This document shows, piece by piece, positions 1 to 7,394 of a stretch of 64,000 nucleotides of DNA (positions are counted from its first letter, which is position 1; each line of letters opens with the position of its first letter). The notes under the pieces were generated by a model, which saw only the letters and a program-made list of their open reading frames with translations, was not told the DNA's origin and ran no database searches. The DNA comes from Candidatus Thorarchaeota archaeon (GTDB taxonomy: Archaea > Asgardarchaeota > Thorarchaeia > Thorarchaeales > Thorarchaeaceae): contig DXJO01000010.1 in NCBI GenBank assembly GCA_019057475.1, positions 64,001 to 128,000 on the forward strand, written 5' to 3'. The position numbers were made by a program, and so were the translations under genes.

Positions 1-410
1 GATGTAAGGCGATCCATCTCACTCATTGCGATGCTGAGATTCCTGTGTTGAGAGCTGTGCACCATGGTCCGAATTTGCCACTTGCGCATTCGATAGATTG
101 CTGCACGCTGGCTAGCTGCAATTGAGCGTCCGCTGGCATCTCTATCGCTCCAACCAATGGTCGTTGCAAGACCCTTGTCTGCCATCGTTAGTGTCATTGG
201 TGAACCTGTTCTGGCTCGAGCATTTCTCTCTTCAGCAGTGAATGCTCTCCATTCGGGACCAGTATCTACATGCCTATCACTGATCACACACCCGCACGAC
301 GTGCAGGTTTTCTCACCCCGGCTGCTGTCTTGGTAAAACTCGTTGCCACCACAGATGGTGCAAACTCTCATACCTGTTTTTCTATCTATAGCACGGACTG
401 GTTTCGCCAT
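1..410 (-). CDS. tfb: Transcription initiation factor IIB (TFB), 5' part; runs off the window start
   Basis: Not in the ORF track; translated by hand from ATG at 410: MAKPVRAIDRKTGMRVCTICGGNEFYQDSSRGEKTCTSCGCVISDRHVDTGPEWRAF...R.G.P...DKGL.T.I...RMRKWQ.R...RNL..AMSEMDRL. Zn ribbon (CxxC..CxxC) and the GPEWRAF B-reader motif are diagnostic. Confidence 0.96.
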   Translation of the reverse strand, partial: MAKPVRAIDRKTGMRVCTICGGNEFYQDSSRGEKTCTSCGCVISDRHVDTGPEWRAFTAEERNARARTGSPMTLTMADKGLATTIGWSDRDASGRSIAASQRAAIYRMRKWQIRTMVHSSQHRNLSIAMSEMDRLT

Positions 411-727
411 GTATGTTCACCTATTCGTCTTCCTCTCTGGATGTGGTCCCACAAAAGGGCCTACAATCAGCGATTAAAACTGCACTCCGAGAAGAAGCGC
501 CTCGCGAATCGCAGGACTTTCTGTATATAAGTGTAAGCATCGGTCCTCTGATGTACTAGCCTTGTCGCTTATTCTTTCAGAGAAAAACACTATATCCTCA
601 CTATATACAAGGATTTGACACAAAATGCACCTATGCTCCGGGATTAGAACACCAACGTGGGAGTCCTGAACACGACCCCGATGGACGGAACCGACCCGTT
701 CTTATTCGGGTAGAGGTTTGTACTACC

Positions 728-1612
728 ATGCCAAAGGCGAAGGTCAATAACACAGAGATTGAGTATGAAACAATCGGGGACCCCATCTCGAAACCGCTGC
801 TATTGATAGCGGGACTGGGAAGTCAGATGCTTGCTTGGTCGGATGAGTTGTGCGAAAGTCTTGCAAATCGCGGTTTCTTTGTCATCAGATTCGACAACCG
901 AGATGTGGGCTTGTCAACGAAATTTGAAGATGCAGGTTTGCCGGATTTTGTGAAGATTAATGATGCCTATGCTCGTGGAGAAAAACCCGATGTACCATAC
1001 ACTTTAGAGGACATGGCCGGTGATGCCGTTGGTGTCTTGGATGCTCTGAATATAGATAAGGCACACGTCTGCGGTGCTTCCATGGGTGGAATGATCGCAC
1101 AGGTTCTAGCATATAGACATCCATCTCGGGTGCAATCTCTCACGTTAATCATGAGCACGACTGGAAATCCCGACCTACCACAAGGGAAGCCAGAAATCAT
1201 GGCGCAATTCTTTGCACCCGTTCCTTCCGAACGCGAGGCATTTATTGAAGAAACGGTCCGGCGAGGTCGTCTCATACACGGCACTTTTGCTTATGATGAG
1301 GATCAATCAAAAGAGTATAGAGCAAAAGAGTACGACCGCAGTTATTATCCCGAAGGGACAATACGCCAATTAGCAGCAATGGCTGTTCCCGGTAATCTGA
1401 AACCCGAACTTGCTGCAATACGAGCGCCTACGCTTGTTATCCATGGGAGGGAAGATCCATTTTACCCTGTTGAAGCAGGTAACGACATCGCAACAGCGAT
1501 ACCCGGAGCGGAATTATTGATTTTGGATGGAATGGGACATAGTTTTCCTCATGAAGTCATGCCACGTATTGTAACCGCACTAGTTGAGAATAGCAACAAG
1601 AATGGCAATTAG
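728..1612 (+). CDS. Alpha/beta hydrolase
   Basis: GASMGG nucleophile elbow, RFDNRDVGLS, HGREDP and GMGH catalytic triad positions. Confidence 0.93.
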   Translation: MPKAKVNNTEIEYETIGDPISKPLLLIAGLGSQMLAWSDELCESLANRGFFVIRFDNRDVGLSTKFEDAGLPDFVKINDAYARGEKPDVPYTLEDMAGDAVGVLDALNIDKAHVCGASMGGMIAQVLAYRHPSRVQSLTLIMSTTGNPDLPQGKPEIMAQFFAPVPSEREAFIEETVRRGRLIHGTFAYDEDQSKEYRAKEYDRSYYPEGTIRQLAAMAVPGNLKPELAAIRAPTLVIHGREDPFYPVEAGNDIATAIPGAELLILDGMGHSFPHEVMPRIVTALVENSNKNGN

Positions 1613-1772
1613 AAAGTACACTAATCATATACAAAGAGTTAGTCAAACTATAACAAACCTACAGACTTTCAATCTGTAATCTGTGCTCATTTCAGGTGAT
1701 AATAGCGTAGTTCAATAGATATTAAGTAAAACAGCCTTGCAAACCTACCCAAACCAACTGGGAGGTCTTTGG

Positions 1773-2678
1773 ATGAATACACGCTCTGATTCCAGTCGAT
1801 TCAGTATCATTACCAATCCGACCGATGATGAGGTGAAAGAATTCCAGAAAGGATTAGACGCCTATAATATGGGACGGACTAATGGAGAGTTCAATAGTCC
1901 TAAAGACTGGATTAGTCTAGTTCTCAAAGACGATGAGGGTAATATCGTAGGAGGGATTACGACTAGTACGATATTCTGGGCCCAGTATCTTGAGGTTCTC
2001 TGGGTAAATGATAAATATCGAGGACTTGGTTATGGAAGAGACCTCGTTCTTGAAGCAGAGAGATTAGCGAAGAAAAACGGATGCATAACCTCACACACGT
2101 ATACGTTTTCGTGGCAAGCACCTGATTTCTATCAAGCAGTTGGGTACAAGCTCATAGCTACCTATGAAGGATACATCGATGGCATTACAGAACTTATCCT
2201 TATGAAACGACTAGATACGATTGATAATGTATCAACCCAGAAGGTAGATTCCACTCGATTTGCTATCTCTGAAGATTCGACTGAGGAATCACTGAGCATT
2301 GTCCGCAAAGGGCTCGGAAGTAATTTTGACCAGCACGTTAGTGATTCGCTTAAGGAACATCCCCAAATCAGATACAAATTGGTCATTAAGAACGATGATG
2401 AGCAAGTGATTGGAGGACTGTGTGGTTATACTATCCTTGGGACCATGAATATAGAAGGACTCTGGGTTGATGAGAGATATCGTGGTCAAGGTTATGGAAC
2501 GGATCTCTTAATGCATGCAGAAAAACTTGCTAAAGAGAAAGGTTGTATTGCGGGCCAGATAGCGTGCTTTTCATTTCAGGAACTTGATTTCTTGAAGAAA
2601 CATGGATACAATACACACGGAGTTTCAGATGGGTATCCAGATGAAGTTAAGGAGTACTATCTCATCAAGAAGTTTTAG
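1773..2678 (+). CDS. Tandem two-domain GNAT acetyltransferase
   Basis: Two copies of LWV...YRG.GYG..L...AE.LAK..GC; start moved to ATG 1773 after GGAGG. Confidence 0.9.
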   Translation: MNTRSDSSRFSIITNPTDDEVKEFQKGLDAYNMGRTNGEFNSPKDWISLVLKDDEGNIVGGITTSTIFWAQYLEVLWVNDKYRGLGYGRDLVLEAERLAKKNGCITSHTYTFSWQAPDFYQAVGYKLIATYEGYIDGITELILMKRLDTIDNVSTQKVDSTRFAISEDSTEESLSIVRKGLGSNFDQHVSDSLKEHPQIRYKLVIKNDDEQVIGGLCGYTILGTMNIEGLWVDERYRGQGYGTDLLMHAEKLAKEKGCIAGQIACFSFQELDFLKKHGYNTHGVSDGYPDEVKEYYLIKKF

Positions 2679-2749
2679 AGAAGGCTAGGTGGACATCCAC
2701 AGAGAACTTCGCGAGTGCCCACCTGTTGTCAAATGTTTAGTTTGCTTGA

Positions 2750-3331
2750 CTAAGCTAGGCAAGCAATTTCAGTCACGACAGCTTCTGGTATGATGTGGAT
2801 GTTTCCGTAGTATGTGTGGTTGGTTTCAGAAACCTCTGTCTTGGCACGTGCGATTTTAATGAGGCCATTGCTCTTTCCTAGCAGGTAGCCAGCTATATAC
2901 TGCAATGGCACTTGCTGCTTGTTGGCTTCTTCCTTGCTCATTGAGCAACACTCGACACCTGGACTCATGAAGGTCACCTCAACCATCTCATGCTCACCGC
3001 AGTTGTCCACGCGGTTGAGATGCTTGGTTCTCTCCTTGATCTGGTTCTTCCCTTGAATTCTGTGTACTTCATTCGCAGCGTAATGGAAAGGCTCACCCTT
3101 GAGTCTATGGATTGACGGCACAACATACATGGTTGTATCATTCAATGCTTCCACACTATCATCACCACTATCCACGTAGGTCTTGTCCGAACTCTCGCCG
3201 ACCAAGTACCGCACATGGTAGTGCTTGGCATCTACATTCTTGAACTCGTCAGCCTTGTCATCCTTGATGCTAACGGATGTGTTTGCCCATAGTTCGACGG
3301 GCACAAATGGGTTTACTGTATTGTCTTTCAT
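2750..3331 (-). CDS. Hypothetical protein (193 aa)
   Basis: Clean ORF with GGTGA-type RBS; no family recognised. Confidence 0.75.
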   Translation of the reverse strand: MKDNTVNPFVPVELWANTSVSIKDDKADEFKNVDAKHYHVRYLVGESSDKTYVDSGDDSVEALNDTTMYVVPSIHRLKGEPFHYAANEVHRIQGKNQIKERTKHLNRVDNCGEHEMVEVTFMSPGVECCSMSKEEANKQQVPLQYIAGYLLGKSNGLIKIARAKTEVSETNHTYYGNIHIIPEAVVTEIACLA

Positions 3332-3343
3332 TGATAATCACCG

Positions 3344-3406
3344 CTTAACGATGGTTAATACTGCATGTACTTAACGATGGTTATTTATAAGCTTTACGTT
3401 ATAAAC
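3344..3406. promoter_or_regulatory. Two copies of a 14-bp near-palindrome (CTTAACGATGGTTA) next to divergent TATA-like boxes
   Basis: Identical copies at 3344-3357 and 3370-3383; TTTATAA at about 3384 and TTATAAA at about 3399, between divergent genes. Confidence 0.6.
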
Positions 3407-3430
3407 GCAACAGCACAAGTGGTGACGTCT

Positions 3431-4024
3431 ATGTTCGAGCATCTAGCTATTGTTGCATCTGTCACAATCTTTGGCATTCAGCACAGCGGCATCTCGGCTC
3501 TCCGAGTGAAGCACTGGATCATTGACAGATGGGGGCAGAAAGGTTACTCTAGGATTTTCAATGTCACCTCCGTTCTAGCTCTAATCCCGGCTTCCTTGTC
3601 TCTCAACTACTGGGACTGGCTCTACTTTCTTCAATCTCCTGAACTAGTCAATCCTCTTCTCTTCCTTTCAGGAGTAATTCTTCTGGCGCTTGGCGTTGTG
3701 GTTGCCATATTGGCATCAAGGTCAATCTCAGTGAGCACAGTTGCAGATATGCGAACTGACCGCAAGCCAGCTCTTGTGACCGGCGGACTCTATGCTCGAA
3801 CGAGACATCCCCTCTACCTCGCGACTATCTTGTTCTTGTTGTCATTAGTCGCTTTCTACCCGTTCTCCAACATACTAACGTTCTCATTGGCTTTCGTTGT
3901 CTATGTAGTCATAGGTGGATATCTCGAAGAGCGCAAGCTTGTTATTCAATATGGGACAGAGTATCTTACCTACCGTAAGACGACTGGTTTCCTATTGCCA
4001 CGACTAAGTTCTCGGAATGACTGA
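3431..4024 (+). CDS. Isoprenylcysteine carboxyl methyltransferase / PEMT-family membrane protein
   Basis: Several TM helices; LVTGGLYARTRHPLY and EERKL...YG.EY..Y motifs; start at ATG 3431 after GGTGA. Confidence 0.85.
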   Translation: MFEHLAIVASVTIFGIQHSGISALRVKHWIIDRWGQKGYSRIFNVTSVLALIPASLSLNYWDWLYFLQSPELVNPLLFLSGVILLALGVVVAILASRSISVSTVADMRTDRKPALVTGGLYARTRHPLYLATILFLLSLVAFYPFSNILTFSLAFVVYVVIGGYLEERKLVIQYGTEYLTYRKTTGFLLPRLSSRND

Positions 4025-4038
4025 ACCGGTAATCGTGG

Positions 4039-4485
4039 TCATTTGAGCATTGATTCCAGCTTAGAAAGATGTCTGGCTCTCTTAACTGCCTTGGGTGAAA
4101 CTTGGTGCACCTTACCCTTTTCAACAACGAAATGGGCCGTTTCGATGTCCGGCGTAAAGTGACTCTTCAAGTCCTCTACGACGAAATGAAGCTGTACGCA
4201 ATGTGGGCTGCCATCCACAGTCAAGACTGTGACCTTATTCATTTTTGAGTATCTGATGATTGAGCCTATTTTGAAGCCCGCGTGGTTAACGTGCATCTCT
4301 TCCAAGCAAACGTGCAAGACTGCCTGACCCCCATCCTTCTCTCTGTACTCCTCAACTATACTTGGGAATCGACTATTCATGCAGCTGCCAACCAACAATA
4401 GCTGCCCTTTTTCTCTCAGCCTTCGATCGCCCACGTTTATGCTCATTAGGTTCTCATCGCAGTGGCATCCGCACAAGCCTACCAT
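4039..4485 (-). CDS. Conserved Cys/His-containing protein, probable metal/Fe-S-binding domain
   Basis: CGCHC, LLLVGSC, HVCLE and TVDGSPHC; resembles the C-terminal domain of some ferredoxin-associated proteins; overlaps upstream stop. Confidence 0.6.
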   Translation of the reverse strand: MVGLCGCHCDENLMSINVGDRRLREKGQLLLVGSCMNSRFPSIVEEYREKDGGQAVLHVCLEEMHVNHAGFKIGSIIRYSKMNKVTVLTVDGSPHCVQLHFVVEDLKSHFTPDIETAHFVVEKGKVHQVSPKAVKRARHLSKLESMLK

Positions 4486-5420
4486 TTCCTCCTGATGGGT
4501 TTAGGCCTGTCCTCTTCATGCTCTTTTTCTATCCATTGATCAACGAGTGGTGGCGCAATTCGTGCAATGAGGTCTCCTTCGAAGACGTAGTTCATCTTGC
4601 TCACTGAGATGATGGTCCCCTCATGTGGTGACAGAACAGGATCCTTGTCCTGAACTTGACCTATCGCCTCGTCACGTCTAACATCTTCGCCCGGATTAAC
4701 AATGGGAACGAAGAAGCCCTCTGTGTCAACATTGATGTGCTGAACTCTTCCAGCAAGAGTGTTTGAAACATCTATGCTCTCTCCGGAGAGTATACCCTTG
4801 ATTCGTAGGAAGTTGAGAATAGCTTCTCTCACCTGAACCGCAGCCTGCGGTTCGACTTGGCTCCTCTCCCCTCTCATCTCAATTGTCACGACAGGTATTC
4901 CCTCGTGTGCCACTTCGGTGGTAAGCGCGCCTCTCTGACCTGAGCTCTGAACAACTAGCGGCAGCCCGATTTGGGATGCAAGGTTTCGCACGTGGATGTA
5001 CTTTCGGTGCATGGCCTCAATGTGACTTACGCAGGATTGATGCCCTGTCCGCAAGTGAATGACATAATCTGCTTGTGAGGCTTTTCTCCATATTTCCCAT
5101 GCTATTCTATCACTGACTGTTCCATGCTCGCTACCTGGGAACAGCGTATCAAGATCCTTTGAATCAAGTGGGGAGACCCTTGTGCCAAGCCTGAATGCAA
5201 GTGGATTCGCAACTGGGAGTAGTGTCACCGATCCGTTCACCCTGCCCAGACTCTCGAGATGTTTCATCAGCAGGTAGCTCGAGTATACACAAGTAGCTGA
5301 TAGGCCGTCCATTGCTGACACTATCAGTACGTTTGGTCGTTCTGTGCCGTATGTATAGAGCCCAAGGGCAGTGCCTGTCTTAGGGTCTATATCAACCGCA
5401 TCAACTATTGCCTTCACCAT
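4479..5420 (-). CDS. Succinylglutamate desuccinylase/aspartoacylase (M14) family protein with degenerate Zn motifs
   Basis: G.VTLLPVANPLAF...R.SP.D..DL...FPG...GT layout, TIE motif and C-terminal biotinyl-like domain; HxxE replaced by DGLS. Confidence 0.8.
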   Translation of the reverse strand: MVKAIVDAVDIDPKTGTALGLYTYGTERPNVLIVSAMDGLSATCVYSSYLLMKHLESLGRVNGSVTLLPVANPLAFRLGTRVSPLDSKDLDTLFPGSEHGTVSDRIAWEIWRKASQADYVIHLRTGHQSCVSHIEAMHRKYIHVRNLASQIGLPLVVQSSGQRGALTTEVAHEGIPVVTIEMRGERSQVEPQAAVQVREAILNFLRIKGILSGESIDVSNTLAGRVQHINVDTEGFFVPIVNPGEDVRRDEAIGQVQDKDPVLSPHEGTIISVSKMNYVFEGDLIARIAPPLVDQWIEKEHEEDRPKPIRRKW

Positions 5421-5500
5421 TGAGAGGCCTTCTACGGGCTTATGAAATCGACATCTCGCAGAAGGATAAGAAAACGAGTAACACAGATTCTCACGTGGTA

Positions 5501-6166
5501 TCAGTTCTCAAACCAAGATGTATCACAGTTGAACAAGAAGATATCAGTACGAAATTCTTTGGCGGCAAATCTGTCATGGCGACTTAGAGCGTAGCGAGTA
5601 CGTCTTCTAAGGTGCGGGATGTCGAAGAGGTCTGGATGTCCGCATTTGTCCGGATTACCAATCCATACCACTGGCACTCCGCTCTCCACGATGTCGATGG
5701 CAGTCATAGACCACTGTGGCTCCCAACAGACTATCACAAGAGAGGGGTTATGGTGGCCGATAGCCTTCAGAGCATCTATTTTCTCGATATGCTTTGGATA
5801 TGCAATGTCGTAGCGATCTGATTTGGCATCTGTAACGATTATCTTTCTCTCAATCCATTGGGTCAAAAAGTAAGAGAGTCGACCATCTCCGCTCATTACC
5901 TCTAGTATGGGGCCCTTGTTGCCAGTTTCTTTCAGGACTATGTTCATCACGTGCACGAGCTCACGCACGAATTCCTCATTGAATATCTGGAATAGCCATC
6001 GTCCGCCAGCGTTTGAGCCGCTGCAGTATTCCCTCACGTTGAATTCCCTTTCAACAGTTTCAAGCAGCTCAAGGGCACGAGAGTAGGGGATCAGCTCACT
6101 ATGAACATCCACGAACTCCCCGTTAGAGGCTCTTGTCCAATCATCTGTTGGGCGCATCTTGTGCAT
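5501..6166 (-). CDS. Hypothetical protein with a class I SAM-binding-like motif
   Basis: ILEVMSGDGRL resembles methyltransferase motif I. Confidence 0.6.
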   Translation of the reverse strand: MHKMRPTDDWTRASNGEFVDVHSELIPYSRALELLETVEREFNVREYCSGSNAGGRWLFQIFNEEFVRELVHVMNIVLKETGNKGPILEVMSGDGRLSYFLTQWIERKIIVTDAKSDRYDIAYPKHIEKIDALKAIGHHNPSLVIVCWEPQWSMTAIDIVESGVPVVWIGNPDKCGHPDLFDIPHLRRRTRYALSRHDRFAAKEFRTDIFLFNCDTSWFEN

Positions 6167-6268
6167 CTGTCCCCTTTGTGCTGAATTTCTATTGGAGAAC
6201 TAGACACGATTCAAAAGAGTATCTGTGTTACTGTGGACTTCGGCCCGTATTAGACAACAATTCTTATC

Positions 6269-7254
6269 GGCCCTGTTGAAAAAGTCACCTCCCGGCACAC
6301 TCCAAGAAGTTGAGGCGTTCGATGTTGTGCAACACCACCTTGATCAGCAGCTCTCTTCGCCGCTCCATCCAACCCCTCGAACTCAGACTTCCTCCGTATC
6401 TCAGCTTCATCATGCCGAACACGGTTTCCACAAGGCTCCTTCTCCCGTACTGATGAGCTCTCTTCCACTCCTCAGGGTCTGCTCGATACTCCCTCATCAA
6501 CCTCCCATATGCCCAGTGACTCTTTGAGTTGATGCTCGAAGTGCTCTTTGGCTCGATGGCGGGATATGCACCGATATCAGCTATGAACTGGACATTCCTC
6601 CTTGAGATGTATGCCTTGTCACCATAGACGGTCTCAAGACTACTCTTTGAGACCCTCCTGACCAGTGGGACCATGAACATTGGATCACCTCCCGGCTTAC
6701 CTCTGACCCGAGTCGCATGGATCAACAGGGTGTCAGTGTCCACTGCGTTGTGAAGTGCATGGAAACGCCTTCTACGGCTCTTCCTCAACCTCACAGAGAA
6801 CCACTCTCCCCCAGTGGAGTGTGAGAACCCGGAGGAGTCCACGGCAATGTTCTCTGGAGGAGGTCTCTTCCGGGCAAGAAGTTCGTACATTCGATGAAGG
6901 AGTCCTGTGTCGACACGGGTCAGTGCCTTCTGAAGCAGGGAGTAGCTGGGAGCTCTCTCAAGGCCAAGATGGCTCAACAAGTGGGGGTTGAAGTTGACAT
7001 GGGCTACGAAGTCACGGTAGCTGAGTCCGAGGTCGAACTTGAGTCCGAGAAGAACAAAGAGAGTGGGGAGCGGGAACTCGACAGGTCGACCGTGTCTGGA
7101 TCTGGTGTCGGGGATGGTATTGCAAAGGCTGATAAGTTCGTTGAGCAGAAAGTGATAACGGCGAGCCTTGGCCGCATCATGTGATGCATGGTAGGACATG
7201 AATCATGTGACGTTGCTGACTCGCCTCTGAATTCTTGTATTATTCAACAGGGCC
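6269..7254 (-). mobile_element. Insertion sequence, IS5 family, IS903 group (986 bp)
   Basis: TIRs GGCCCTGTTGAA at 6269 and TTCAACAGGGCC ending 7254 (cf. IS903 GGCTTTGTTGAA); 9-bp TSD ATTCTTATC at 6260-6268 and 7255-7263. Confidence 0.95.
6285..7199 (-). CDS. IS5-family DDE transposase
   Basis: IAVDSSG, VYGDKAY and Y.RRSLVETVFGMMK motifs; lies inside the TIRs. Confidence 0.95.
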   Translation of the reverse strand: MSYHASHDAAKARRYHFLLNELISLCNTIPDTRSRHGRPVEFPLPTLFVLLGLKFDLGLSYRDFVAHVNFNPHLLSHLGLERAPSYSLLQKALTRVDTGLLHRMYELLARKRPPPENIAVDSSGFSHSTGGEWFSVRLRKSRRRRFHALHNAVDTDTLLIHATRVRGKPGGDPMFMVPLVRRVSKSSLETVYGDKAYISRRNVQFIADIGAYPAIEPKSTSSINSKSHWAYGRLMREYRADPEEWKRAHQYGRRSLVETVFGMMKLRYGGSLSSRGWMERRRELLIKVVLHNIERLNFLECAGR

Positions 7255-7394
7255 ATTCTTATCCAAAAGTCTAATAGGGAGTTTCCTGAATCAGGAGTCT
7301 AGGTGAGCTAGAATGAGGTATTGTGTTCTCTAAACGTGAAAAATCCTTCACACACATACCCAAACAGGCTCACAAGCATTGACTACTGAGGATA

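Noticed and set aside
270-530. 86-aa plus-strand ORF
   Set aside because: Antisense to the clear tfb gene on the minus strand.
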